This document shows, one piece after another, positions 53,822 to 62,482 of a DNA stretch of 62,482 bases (its first letter is position 1; the number at the start of each line of letters is the position of its first letter). This DNA is from Acidimicrobiia bacterium. GTDB lineage: Bacteria; Actinomycetota; Acidimicrobiia; Spongiisociales; UBA5794. The DNA is taken from positions 1 through 62,482 of the forward strand of contig JARFRN010000203.1 in the NCBI GenBank assembly GCA_029287195.1. Reading direction: 5' to 3'. Made by a program: the position numbers and the translations under genes. A model generated the notes under the pieces. That model saw only the letters and a program-made list of their open reading frames with translations. It was not told where the DNA came from and ran no database searches.

Positions 53822-55069
53822 GTGGCATCGCAATTCGTCTTCTTCACCATCGCCGTCGTTGCGGCCGTTGCGATGTTGTTGCGCTGGTTCGGCGAATCCG
53901 TAGGCCACAGTCGACGGCTTCGCATGGTTCCGTACCGCATCCACGTCAACGGCATCCGGGGAAAGTCCACCGTTACCCGCCTCATCGCAGGAATGCTGCG
54001 GGAGGCCGATCTGGTCACGGTTGGCAAATCAACTGGGAGTTTCGCAGCCGTCATCGACCCCAAGGGCGAGGATCGGCCCCTGCACCGCACCGGCTCGCCG
54101 ACCATCCTCGAACAGATAAACGTGGTGAAGGACTGGGTCACCCCGTTTGTCGACGCCATCGTCATGGAGTGCATGGCGGTCAACCCGCGCTATCAGAAAG
54201 TCAGTGAGGAGCGCATCATCCGCTCGACCATCGGAGTCATCACCAATGTACGTGAGGACCACCAGGACGTGATGGGCGAGACGCTGCCGGAGATCGCCCG
54301 GTCGCTGATGTCGAGTTGCCCCAAGAACGGCATCCTCGTCACCGCCGAGCAGAATCCAGAGATTCTCGACATCATGTTCCACGAGGCCCGCAAGCGCGGC
54401 ACCAGCCTGATCGTTGCCGATGCAAGCAAGGTCCGCCCTGAGGAGGTGGCTGCATTCGACTACATCTCGTTCGAGGAGAATATCGCGATCGTTCTGGCCA
54501 TGGCTGAGTTGCTCGGTATTCCCCGCCCCGTGGCAATGGCAGGTATGGCAAAGGCACCTCCTGATCCCGGCGTGCTGCGCATCGAGCGGTACAAGGTGGC
54601 CGGCAAGAATCTGACATGGGCCAATCTGTTTGCCGTCAACGACCGCGAGTCGATGATCGCCGCCGCCGAGAAGCTGAAGCCCTACATCGGAGAACACACG
54701 ACGTCGGTAGGGATCTTGAACAACCGGACGGATCGGCAGCGGCGAGCTCTCCAATTCGCCGATATTGCCGTCAACGACCTGAGCTTCGATCGGCTGGTCA
54801 CCTTCGGAGACTATGAGGATTTGGTGACGAACGTCCTGCGCCGCAACGGCTACCCGACCAAGCACATCATCAACCTGGGCGAGCGGCGCAACCCGACCAT
54901 CGAGCAAATCATCCAGGAGGTCGTGGCCAACATGCCTTCGAGAGATGTGCTTCTAGTCGGTTTCGTCAACATCCACACCCACCAAGCGGAGATGATGCTG
55001 GAGTACTTCGAGAAGGTCGCGCAGAAAGACGAGCGTAGAGGGAAGAAGCACCTCGTCGCGGTGGCGTGA
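53822..55069 (+). CDS. pgsB: Poly-gamma-glutamate synthase PgsB/CapB (Mur-ligase-like amide ligase)
   Basis: Close block-by-block resemblance to recalled B. subtilis PgsB: HVNGIRGKSTVTRL, ECMAVNPRYQ, ITNVREDHQDVMG, APPDPGVLRI, NRTDRQRR. The N-terminal TM anchor is present. GTG start after GGGAGGAGG. Confidence 0.85.
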   Translation: MASQFVFFTIAVVAAVAMLLRWFGESVGHSRRLRMVPYRIHVNGIRGKSTVTRLIAGMLREADLVTVGKSTGSFAAVIDPKGEDRPLHRTGSPTILEQINVVKDWVTPFVDAIVMECMAVNPRYQKVSEERIIRSTIGVITNVREDHQDVMGETLPEIARSLMSSCPKNGILVTAEQNPEILDIMFHEARKRGTSLIVADASKVRPEEVAAFDYISFEENIAIVLAMAELLGIPRPVAMAGMAKAPPDPGVLRIERYKVAGKNLTWANLFAVNDRESMIAAAEKLKPYIGEHTTSVGILNNRTDRQRRALQFADIAVNDLSFDRLVTFGDYEDLVTNVLRRNGYPTKHIINLGERRNPTIEQIIQEVVANMPSRDVLLVGFVNIHTHQAEMMLEYFEKVAQKDERRGKKHLVAVA

Positions 55070-55090
55070 TGACGGGCAGGTCACCTCCTC

Positions 55091-56245
55091 GTGCATGACT
55101 ATCTCTTCGACATCAACACCGTGCGGTTTGCGTTCATCGTCGGTGTTCTCGCTTCGGTGTTCATCTACGAGCGCCACCACATAACGTCGGGCAGCATCGT
55201 CGTGCCCGGCTATGTGGCCGTCTTCGTGCTGCAGCCGCTGGTGCTGCTGGTGACCTTTCTCAATGCGCTGTTTTCCTATTGGCTGGTGAACCGGGTGCTG
55301 GTGAAACGTTTCCTACTCGATGGGCGCAATAAGTTCTCGATGGTGATGATTGTCTCGGCGACGGTACAGGTGATGCTTCTCAAGGTCAGCCCGGAGACGC
55401 CGTACCTGTGGGAGTCGAGCATCCCGCTACTCGTCGGCGTCGGCTACCTGGTACCGGCCCTCATCGCCCACGACTTTGCCCGGCAAGGGATCAAGCTGAC
55501 GATGCGGGCGGTCGGCATGGCTTCGGCACTGGTTGCAGTGCCCATGACGCTGGCGATCATGTTCTTCCCGGAGGCGCAGGCGGGAGCCCGGCTGTCCGGC
55601 TTCGGTGTGTTGGCTTTTCCCCCGGAGTGGATCCCTTTCGCGGTTCTGCTTTCCGCAGCAGCCGCCTGGGCACTGCAGCACAACTACGGGTTCCGCTCCG
55701 GCGGATATGTCGGTGCCGCGTACCTTGCCATGCTCACAACCAGTCCAATCAATCTGATATTTCTGGCTGCCATCGGCATTGCTGCGTGGCTGCTGGTGAC
55801 CAGGGTCTTCATGCGAACGATGATCGTATTCGGCCGCCGCAAGTTTGCCCTGATGATGGTGAGCGCCAGCATCATCTCGTGGGCCGGCCTATGGGCATCC
55901 ACCGCGATATTGAACATCACCGCAGTCTCCTACGAATCACTGGCCAGCGTGGCGCTTACGCCTCTCTTCGTACCCGGCCTGGTTGCCAACGACGTGGAAC
56001 GGTCATCGCCTTTCCACGTGGTGTCCGGACTGGTGTACTCACTGAGCTTTGTGCTGACGGCCACGTGGGTCGCAGTTGCGATCGCCACCGGCTCCTACGT
56101 AGGTTGGATCTCCCACCCGATAACAGTCGTAGTAGCCGTGATCAGTGGACTGATCATCTTCGGCAGCCAGTTTGTGCTGCTCGCCAAGTATGCCTGGAGG
56201 GAGACGCTCGGACGGCTGCTGGCACCGTCACCGGCACGCAGCTAA
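55091..56245 (+). CDS. Tandem-duplicated PgsC/CapC-like membrane protein (two PgsC modules in one 384-aa polypeptide)
   Basis: Module 1: SGSIVVPGYVAVFVLQP, DGRNKFSMVMIVS, VGYLVPALIAHDFARQG. Module 2: GGYVGAAYLAMLT, FGRRKFALMMVSA, LFVPGLVANDVERS. B. subtilis PgsC is about 149 aa with one such set. Confidence 0.7.
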   Translation: MHDYLFDINTVRFAFIVGVLASVFIYERHHITSGSIVVPGYVAVFVLQPLVLLVTFLNALFSYWLVNRVLVKRFLLDGRNKFSMVMIVSATVQVMLLKVSPETPYLWESSIPLLVGVGYLVPALIAHDFARQGIKLTMRAVGMASALVAVPMTLAIMFFPEAQAGARLSGFGVLAFPPEWIPFAVLLSAAAAWALQHNYGFRSGGYVGAAYLAMLTTSPINLIFLAAIGIAAWLLVTRVFMRTMIVFGRRKFALMMVSASIISWAGLWASTAILNITAVSYESLASVALTPLFVPGLVANDVERSSPFHVVSGLVYSLSFVLTATWVAVAIATGSYVGWISHPITVVVAVISGLIIFGSQFVLLAKYAWRETLGRLLAPSPARS

Positions 56246-56342
56246 CGAACATCGACCGCGACGAGGCCTGCACGCTGCAGTTCCCGGCGTGCCGCCCGGG
56301 CACCCGGGAACTGCCGACGAACCTGCCGGCCGGGTTTCGCGC

Positions 56343-56990
56343 TCACTTCCACACCGGCTGGCTGACACCTTCGATCACGATCCATGGTCCGCCGCTGCCG
56401 TCGAGCGCAACAGCGAGTATTCGATCCTCGCTGTCACAAACCCAGGCGTAGTTCTCATCAGCGGTGATCCCGAACTCAAAGAATGCGTAGTTACGGGGCC
56501 CGGTGACATCGATGAGAGTGGTTTCTCCGCCCGACCCGTCGTGGACCAACGTTGCGCGCCCATCTTTGGAACGGGCCCGCAGCGCATCGGGGAACGGAGG
56601 AGGTCGGATATCACCCTCGACGAACTCGCCCCATTCGAGTACTTCGCCGGTGGCAGGGTCGATCACCGAGACGTACTCCCGGCCGTTGCCCGAGTGGATC
56701 CGGAGGTTGCCCTCGGAATCCCAGCCCTCGAGATGGAGCCAGTCATCGCAATAGACCTCTCCCAACTCACCGGTAGCAACGTCGACGACGTGCACACAGT
56801 CGTCTGGTCCATACTCGACGAAAGCAAGCGAGCCCTCGATCGTTGGCGCCTCTTGTGCATACAGGCTGGGGAATTCGGGAGCAGAGGTTATGCCAAACAG
56901 CAGGACCACCGCGACCACGACGACTACAACGATTCCGGCTGCACCAAGCCACAGTTTGGATTGACGCGTCATCCTCGATGTCGCCGTCAT
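56343..56990 (-). CDS. Membrane-anchored hypothetical protein (beta-rich ectodomain)
   Basis: 215 aa with an N-terminal TM segment (LGAAGIVVVVVVAVVLLFGI). 4-nt overlap with the upstream gene. Confidence 0.55.
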   Translation of the reverse strand: MTATSRMTRQSKLWLGAAGIVVVVVVAVVLLFGITSAPEFPSLYAQEAPTIEGSLAFVEYGPDDCVHVVDVATGELGEVYCDDWLHLEGWDSEGNLRIHSGNGREYVSVIDPATGEVLEWGEFVEGDIRPPPFPDALRARSKDGRATLVHDGSGGETTLIDVTGPRNYAFFEFGITADENYAWVCDSEDRILAVALDGSGGPWIVIEGVSQPVWK

Positions 56991-57940
56991 AGCGCCTCCC
57001 GGTGACGGCCAAACCAGATGGCAAGGCCGATGATCAGCATCCCGGTGACGAAGATCCCGAACATGCCGCCGAATGTCTCACCAAAGAAGTGGAACATCGC
57101 TTGCGGCACGAACCAGAAGATCCCGATACCGCCGAGGATGATGGCAAGCCTATCCCTCATCATCACCCCGGCAGTGGCGAACAGCGCGGCGGTTGCCAGG
57201 CCGAGGAAGATACCGAAGGTATCAGTCTCCCCCTCGATAGCCGCTATCTGGGCACCGTACAGCATCGCAATCGCACCGAGCACAATCCCGACGCTGAAGG
57301 GCTGCAGAATGCCGGACCGGCTGACGAGAAGCCATGTCAATCCGACGCCCCAGGCTACGAATCCGTAGACGAAGAACTCGGGTTCGGGCCCCAGGCTGAT
57401 CGCCGACATGATCGTGGTCATGGCTGCACCGAACAGCACCAAGTGCTGAGCCACCGACGGCTGCCGGCGCAACATCAGACCGCCGACAACAACCCCGATG
57501 GCGCCAATCAGCGTCCAGGTCGTCTGAGGGCTGTAGCTGAGGATCGGATCGAAGACGATGAAGAGAGCGCCACCACCGGCCAGGACGCTACCTGCCCACA
57601 GCACAGAGGACAGCCGGCGGAACGCCGGCTCGATCGTGTCGAGCAGAGTGGCCCCGGATGCGAACAGCACAATGCCCAGGGCACCGAACAGACCTGCCTG
57701 CGCCCAGTCGGACAAATTTTCCCAGAACTCGGACACCAGGAACATCACCGCCCAAATGGCAAGAGCGGCTCCGACGTAGCCGAGGATCTCGGTGATTATC
57801 GGAATTCGCCCTTCCTCCACGTCGGGCAGCTCCGGCGGCGGCTCGGGCTGCAGCACCGAATGCCGCATCAACTCGGCCTGCTCGCTGGTGATGATCCCGT
57901 CGCCGATCCACCGTTCTAGCTGACGATTGAGATCGATCAT
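56987..57940 (-). CDS. Polytopic membrane protein, DUF2157-like
   Basis: ATG 57940 follows a perfect AAGGAGG RBS. The N-terminus LERWIGDGIITSEQAELM is followed by about 9 TM segments. Confidence 0.6.
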   Translation of the reverse strand: MIDLNRQLERWIGDGIITSEQAELMRHSVLQPEPPPELPDVEEGRIPIITEILGYVGAALAIWAVMFLVSEFWENLSDWAQAGLFGALGIVLFASGATLLDTIEPAFRRLSSVLWAGSVLAGGGALFIVFDPILSYSPQTTWTLIGAIGVVVGGLMLRRQPSVAQHLVLFGAAMTTIMSAISLGPEPEFFVYGFVAWGVGLTWLLVSRSGILQPFSVGIVLGAIAMLYGAQIAAIEGETDTFGIFLGLATAALFATAGVMMRDRLAIILGGIGIFWFVPQAMFHFFGETFGGMFGIFVTGMLIIGLAIWFGRHREAL

Positions 57941-58064
57941 GGTTCCTCCTTTCTCCATCATCGTCTCTCCCCAGGGCCGGCGGCGACAGGGGGTTTCACC
58001 CCCAATGAGACCTGGGGGTGTAGACGACGCAAACGACAGCAGCAGCCCATTAACCTCAGCCGTC

Positions 58065-58910
58065 ATGCCTGGCTTACTTGCTTTTCACGCCCATCCCGAT
58101 GATGAAGTCACCTCGACCGGGGGCACACTCGCCCACTACGCCGCCGCAGGCGAACAGGTCGTCGTGGTCACCGCTACCGACGGAGCCGAAGGGGAGGTGC
58201 ACAACTACGACAACCCGGAAGAGATCAAAGGACGATTGCCCGCAGTTCGCGCGGAAGAACTCGCGGCCGCGCTCGAGATTCTGGGAGTCGAGCAATACGA
58301 GTTCCTCGGCTATCGCGACTCGGGGATGATGGGCGAGCCTTCCAACAAACATCCGGACTGCTTCTGGCAGGCGGATTTCGACGAGGCCGTCGGTCGCATG
58401 GTCAAGCTGATCCGCCACTACCAGCCGGAGGTCATGACCATCTACGACCCATTTGGCGGCTACGGCCACCCGGACCACATCCAGGTTCATCGGGTAGGGC
58501 TGGCCGCCTTCTACGCAGCCCGAGATCTGGGCCGCTATCCATTGGGGGACGGCGAGGCCGAGTGGGCTCCCGCCAAGCTCTACTGGACGGCTTGGCCTCG
58601 TTCCCGGGTACGAGCCTTTGCCGACGCTCGCCTCGAACAGGGCACGATTGACCATTCCACCCACGAACGGATGGCAGCAGCAGGTTTCCCCGACGACCAG
58701 GTGACGGCATGGATCGACGTTCGCAGCCGCTGGAAGCAGAAGGAAGCGGCCTGGAAGGCCCACCGCAGCCAGATACCCGAGGACTGGTTCCTGCTGAATG
58801 TTCCCGATTCGGTCGAGGAGGAGATCCTGGGACGGGAGGCGTTCGCCCGCATAGCTTCCTCGGTCGCCTGCAAAGAGCTCGAAGACGACCTCTTCGCCGG
58901 TCTCCGCTGA
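58065..58910 (+). CDS. PIG-L family deacetylase (MshB/Mca-like)
   Basis: Motifs: LLAFHAHPDDE, YGHPDHIQVH, AHRSQ. 281 aa starting from ATG 58065. Confidence 0.8.
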   Translation: MPGLLAFHAHPDDEVTSTGGTLAHYAAAGEQVVVVTATDGAEGEVHNYDNPEEIKGRLPAVRAEELAAALEILGVEQYEFLGYRDSGMMGEPSNKHPDCFWQADFDEAVGRMVKLIRHYQPEVMTIYDPFGGYGHPDHIQVHRVGLAAFYAARDLGRYPLGDGEAEWAPAKLYWTAWPRSRVRAFADARLEQGTIDHSTHERMAAAGFPDDQVTAWIDVRSRWKQKEAAWKAHRSQIPEDWFLLNVPDSVEEEILGREAFARIASSVACKELEDDLFAGLR

Positions 58911-58971
58911 GGAATCGTGCAATCTCAGCACCGCTAGCCTGAGGAAATCGGCAACGACCCAGGGGATTGCG

Positions 58972-60204
58972 ATGGATATTGCCTCGATCGACGAATTCGA
59001 CGTAGCGGGTAAGCGAGTGTTGTTGCGGGTGGACATCAACTCGCCGTTGGATCCGGAGACAAAACGGATCAGCAACGAGAATCGCCTCAACAAGAGTATC
59101 CCGACAATCGCCGATCTCGCCGCCGCCGGGGCCCGGCTGGTGATCATCGCCCATCAAGGTGACGTGCTCGACTACCACAACCTCATCACAACTGAGGAGC
59201 ACGCCGACAAACTCAGCGAGAAGCTGGGCCGTCCCGTCGCATTCATCGACGACGTAGCCGGACCGGCGGCCCGGGCTCGGATCACCGAGCTGCAGGACGG
59301 TGAGATCCTGCTCCTCGACAACATCCGCATCTACGGCGAGGAGCTGAGTAGTTTCGAGCTGGCGGTGAAGCAGACACCGGCGGAGATGACCCAGACCTAT
59401 CTGGTTCGCCACCTTGCCCCATTGTTCGACCTCTACGTCAACGATGCTTTTGCCGCAGCCCACCGCAATGCGCCATCGATGGTGGCGTTCCAGGAGCTGC
59501 TTCCCTCAGCCGGCGGAAGGCTGTTGATCCGTGAGGTCGAGATGCTGCAATCCGTTGCGGTCGACCCGAAGCGGCCCTGCGTGTTCGCTCTCGGCGGCCT
59601 GAAGATCAGCGACGCCTTCTCGATGATGAGCCAGGTGCTGAGCCAGGGCACCGCCGATCTCGTCATCACCAGCGGAGTCACCGGAGAGATCATGCTGCTC
59701 GCCTCCGGCCACAGCCTGGGCAGCGGGTCGGAGAATTTCATCAGCGACCGGGGCTTGGAGACCTTCGTGCCAATCGCCAAGGACTATCTGGAGCGCTTCC
59801 CCGGGCAGATTCTGACGCCGACCGATGTTGCCATCGACGACGCAGGGCGTCACGAGCTACCGGTGACCGCTCTGCCCGTTGATGATCTGATCATCGACAT
59901 CGGCGAGGAGACGATCGCACGTTACGAGGAGATCCTTGCGGGCGCCCAAACGATTTTTGTCAACGGACCTCCCGGAATCTACGAGCGGGAGGAGGGTGCT
60001 GAGGGAACCCGGAGGCTGTGGAATGCGGTGGCGGCTTCATCCGGGACGACTGTGATCGGCGGCGGCGATACAGTCGCCAGCGCCGCCGCCTTCGTCGACC
60101 TGGACGACATTTCCTACGTAAGCACCGGAGGCGGGGCGCTGGTGCGCTACTTGAGCGGTGCCGAACTGCCGCTGCTCAAGGCGATGCGGCGGCGGGACGG
60201 CTGA
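58972..60204 (+). CDS. pgk: Phosphoglycerate kinase, archaeal-type sequence signature
   Basis: Motifs: RVDINSPLD, IIAHQGD...TTEEHA, NDAFAAAHRNAPSMVAF, GGGDT. These resemble archaeal PGK blocks rather than the bacterial FNVP / SHLGRP / NDAFGTAHRAHAS blocks. Confidence 0.85.
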   Translation: MDIASIDEFDVAGKRVLLRVDINSPLDPETKRISNENRLNKSIPTIADLAAAGARLVIIAHQGDVLDYHNLITTEEHADKLSEKLGRPVAFIDDVAGPAARARITELQDGEILLLDNIRIYGEELSSFELAVKQTPAEMTQTYLVRHLAPLFDLYVNDAFAAAHRNAPSMVAFQELLPSAGGRLLIREVEMLQSVAVDPKRPCVFALGGLKISDAFSMMSQVLSQGTADLVITSGVTGEIMLLASGHSLGSGSENFISDRGLETFVPIAKDYLERFPGQILTPTDVAIDDAGRHELPVTALPVDDLIIDIGEETIARYEEILAGAQTIFVNGPPGIYEREEGAEGTRRLWNAVAASSGTTVIGGGDTVASAAAFVDLDDISYVSTGGGALVRYLSGAELPLLKAMRRRDG

Positions 60205-60328
60205 GGCCTGCTTTCGACGGGTGGCGGCTGTGACGCGAGACATGCCGAGCGCCTCCCCAAGATCGCTCCAAACCAGATTCACAGTCGACGCCCGACCGCC
60301 TATGCCGTTCCCGTCGAGCCAAGTCGTC

Positions 60329-60784
60329 TCAGGCTGCAGCCTCGACGATCCGCTTCAAGTTGTAGGACTCCTCTGCCAGGTGGGTCCGCAGTTGCCTCAC
60401 GCGCTTGCGGAAGAGTCGCTCGGTGAACAGTCCGTAGCGATAGGCGATCCGCGCAGTGAAATAGCACCCACCCGCAGGATCAGGCTCGATCTCGAAAGCG
60501 CCCCCCGGAAGCAACAGACCGATCGATCGACCGATGCGGTAGGCGTAGCGACAAGGCGGATCGAATTCGATGAGCTCGAGAAGTAGTTCCTCCTCGTGAT
60601 CCCCAATCAGCTCGACCGTGCGCATGACCGAACCGACCCGATTCGGCGGACCGGCCAGCCACTCGGCAAGGACGTGATCCGGATGCCAGTCCCGGTAGTT
60701 GTCGACTAGATGGCACAGCCATCCCCAGACTTCGAGCGGGGACGCATCGATGTGAACAGTGTCCTCCAGGTAGCGCATGTGCAC
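60329..60784 (-). CDS. SRPBCC (START/polyketide-cyclase-like) family protein
   Basis: 151 aa. VHIDASPLEVWGWL...WHPDH is a typical SRPBCC N-terminus. Confidence 0.7.
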   Translation of the reverse strand: MHMRYLEDTVHIDASPLEVWGWLCHLVDNYRDWHPDHVLAEWLAGPPNRVGSVMRTVELIGDHEEELLLELIEFDPPCRYAYRIGRSIGLLLPGGAFEIEPDPAGGCYFTARIAYRYGLFTERLFRKRVRQLRTHLAEESYNLKRIVEAAA

Positions 60785-61041
60785 CCCCTTCCACTATTTC
60801 CATTGTCCTCCGCCGGCGGTTGATTTGGGAAGGGGATTTTCACCTTCCGCGGCGCGCCTGGAACATTGCGCCAGCGCGAAAACTGCGTCTGTGTCGCGAA
60901 ACAAAACCAGTCTCCGAGCTTGCCTGGTCCCCCATAGAGCCAGTAGAAATGGGGCCTTCTTCCCCAGGTCGCCGGCCGTGGCTGCGCGTAGCGAATGACT
61001 CTTGCGTAGTTACAACGGTGTAACTATGATTGACTTCCCCT

Positions 61042-61090
61042 GCGCAACATATGGGGTTCACATGCCGCAGTGGCCCACAATATGTTGTGG
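61042..61090 (+). promoter_or_regulatory. Tandem NrdR boxes overlapping a putative nrdJ promoter
   Basis: Box 1 is GCGCAACATATGGGGT (61042-57) and box 2 is CCACAATATGTTGTGG (61075-90), compared with the recalled consensus acaCwAtATaTwGtgt. Their centres are 33 bp apart. A TTCACA (-35, 61057-62) - 18 nt - TATGTT (-10, 61081-86) pair lies inside the boxes. Confidence 0.5.
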
Positions 61091-61149
61091 TTGTTAGTAG
61101 ATCTGTGGATAAGTACACGTCTGGTTGGCGTGGCGGGAAGGGTGACAAC

Positions 61150-62482
61150 ATGGGCCAAGGACTGACCATTGAGCGGAGGTTCACCACCGGGGGCCAGGAT
61201 GTCTACGACACGGTGGAGTGGAGTAGTAGGGATTCCCGGATCACCAATCCCGACGGATCGATAGTCTTTGAGATGCTGGGGGCAGAGATCCCGGCACAAT
61301 GGTCACAGGTGGCCGCCGACATCATGGTCTCCAAGTACTTCAGGAAGGCCGGCGTCCCCCAGTACGACGAAGCAGGCAATGTAATCCTCGACGAGGACGG
61401 CAACCCGGTTACCGGTTCCGAGACGTCGGCCCGCCAGGTCATCGAGCGCCTCTCCTCAACGTGGCGGTGGTGGGGCGAAACTCATGGCTACTTCGCCACC
61501 GAGGATGATGCCGCGGCCTTCGAGGACGAGCTTGCGTACATGCTGCTGCACCAGATGGCGGCTCCCAACTCGCCCCAGTGGTTCAACACCGGGCTGGCGC
61601 ACCAGTACGGGATCAAGGGCACCGAACAGGGCTTCTGGTTCGTGGATCCCGAGACAGAAGAGCCGACCCTCTCTGAGGACGCATACAGCCGCCCTGCCCC
61701 GCACGCCTGTTTCATCAACTCGATCGACGACGATCTCGTCAACGAGGGCGGCATCATGGATCTGTGGGTCCGGGAAGCGCGCCTGTTCAAGATGGGTGCC
61801 GGCTCGGGAGCCAACTTCTCCAACCTGCGTGCCGAAGGCGAGCCGCTCTCGGGTGGGGGCAAGTCGTCGGGGCTGATGTCGTTCCTCAAGGTCGGTGACC
61901 GCGCCGCCGGTGCCATCAAGTCGGGCGGCACCACCCGGCGCGCCGCCAAGATGGTCATCGTCGACATCGACCACCCCGACATCGAGGCCTTCATCAACTG
62001 GAAGGCCGAGGAGGAAAGGAAGGTACGGGCGCTGGTGGCCGGCGGCTACTCCCCGGACTTCAACGGCGAGGCATACGCCACCGTGTCCGGCCAGAACTCC
62101 AACAACTCGGTCCGGCTGTCGAACGCCTTTCTCAGGGCCGTTGTGAAGGATGAGGACTGGGATCTGCTGGCGCGCACCGACGGTTCCGTCATGAAGACCG
62201 TGCGAGCTCGTGACTTATGGGACAAGATCGCCGACGCTGCCTGGCAATCGGCCGACCCGGGTCTTCAATTCCATGGAACCATCAACGAATGGCACACCTG
62301 CCCCACCGAGGTCGAGATCCGCGCTTCCAACCCCTGCTCGGAATACATGTTCCTCGACAACACCGCATGCAATCTGGCCAGCCTCAACCTGGGCAAGTTC
62401 TACAACGACCACACCGGCGCCTTCGACCTAACCGGCTACCAGCACGCCGTCCGGCTGTGGACGGTGGTGCTCGAGATATCGG
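61150..62482 (+). CDS. nrdJ: Class II (adenosylcobalamin-dependent) ribonucleotide reductase NrdJ, N-terminal 444 codons (runs off the right edge)
   Basis: Absent from the ORF track because it is edge-truncated. Hand translation from ATG 61150 gives MGQGLTIERRFTTGGQDVYDTVEWSSRDSRITNPDGS...VSKYFRKAG...PHACFINSIDDDL...GSGANFSNLR...SNPCSEYMFLDNTACNLASLNL (active-site Cys/Asn/Glu block). Confidence 0.9.
   Translation, partial: MGQGLTIERRFTTGGQDVYDTVEWSSRDSRITNPDGSIVFEMLGAEIPAQWSQVAADIMVSKYFRKAGVPQYDEAGNVILDEDGNPVTGSETSARQVIERLSSTWRWWGETHGYFATEDDAAAFEDELAYMLLHQMAAPNSPQWFNTGLAHQYGIKGTEQGFWFVDPETEEPTLSEDAYSRPAPHACFINSIDDDLVNEGGIMDLWVREARLFKMGAGSGANFSNLRAEGEPLSGGGKSSGLMSFLKVGDRAAGAIKSGGTTRRAAKMVIVDIDHPDIEAFINWKAEEERKVRALVAGGYSPDFNGEAYATVSGQNSNNSVRLSNAFLRAVVKDEDWDLLARTDGSVMKTVRARDLWDKIADAAWQSADPGLQFHGTINEWHTCPTEVEIRASNPCSEYMFLDNTACNLASLNLGKFYNDHTGAFDLTGYQHAVRLWTVVLEIS

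Noticed and set aside
60800-61149. Cobalamin riboswitch upstream of nrdJ.
   Set aside because: No B12-box-like sequence was seen. Only about 60 nt separate the putative promoter and NrdR boxes from the ATG, which is too short for the aptamer.
1-62482. CRISPR arrays, tRNA/rRNA genes, IS elements, integrases, prophage or toxin-antitoxin modules.
   Set aside because: I found none of the following:
- regularly spaced repeat arrays;
- tRNA-like GGTTCGAATCC-type arms with a full cloverleaf;
- transposase- or integrase-like translations.

The region reads as core chromosome apart from the tetR/mmpL scar.

Overview
High-GC (roughly mid-60s % by eye) chromosomal segment with about 56 protein-coding genes. 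I found no tRNA or rRNA genes, CRISPR arrays, transposases, integrases or phage genes. The gene content looks actinobacterial: mshA plus a PIG-L/MshB-like deacetylase, MMPL transporters, an RsiG-like protein, Rex, and a class II RNR with NrdR boxes. An Acidimicrobiia-like origin is only a guess. All assignments come from reading the translations and recalling family motifs; no searches were run.

Gene order, left to right:
- nuoGFEDCBA on the minus strand. nuoG is edge-truncated and missing from the ORF track.
- MFS transporter, a frameshifted MarC-family gene, a nuclease-like orphan, geranylgeranyl reductase, and a MaoC dehydratase.
- A non-canonical respiratory cluster at 11.7-21.0 kb (described below).
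- A Cys/Met PLP enzyme, then the DUF62, glutaredoxin-like and rex genes in the same orientation.
- An alkyl-sulfatase-like MBL hydrolase and a five-gene peptide ABC importer.
- A tetR/mmpL deletion scar, an ABC exporter, and a PAS-LuxR regulator.
- A MoaD(GG)-membrane fusion, then a frameshifted crcB.
- M23 peptidase, RsiG-like protein, asparaginase II, CelD-like GNAT, mshA, and a YbjN-like gene.
- A low-GC intergenic region with a cluster of DnaA-box-like 9-mers and possible RNA structure.
- Clp1-family kinase, channel-like protein, MMPL transporter, and a GATase.
- SGNH hydrolase, beta-propeller lipoprotein, and an MFS transporter.
- pgsB plus a tandem-duplicated pgsC, with no pgsA.
- Two membrane proteins, a PIG-L deacetylase, an archaeal-type pgk, and an SRPBCC protein.
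- An edge-truncated nrdJ, also missing from the ORF track.

The best candidate for an undescribed system is the 11.7-21.0 kb cluster. A CcoN-CcoO fusion whose CcoN-like domain has lost the canonical haem and CuB histidine ligands sits next to a cytochrome c. This pair is transcribed divergently from an operon encoding a ferredoxin, a split b6-type cytochrome b, a Rieske protein and a di-haem cytochrome c. The two operons are linked by a roughly 30-aa cytoplasmic repeat found only in one subunit of each.
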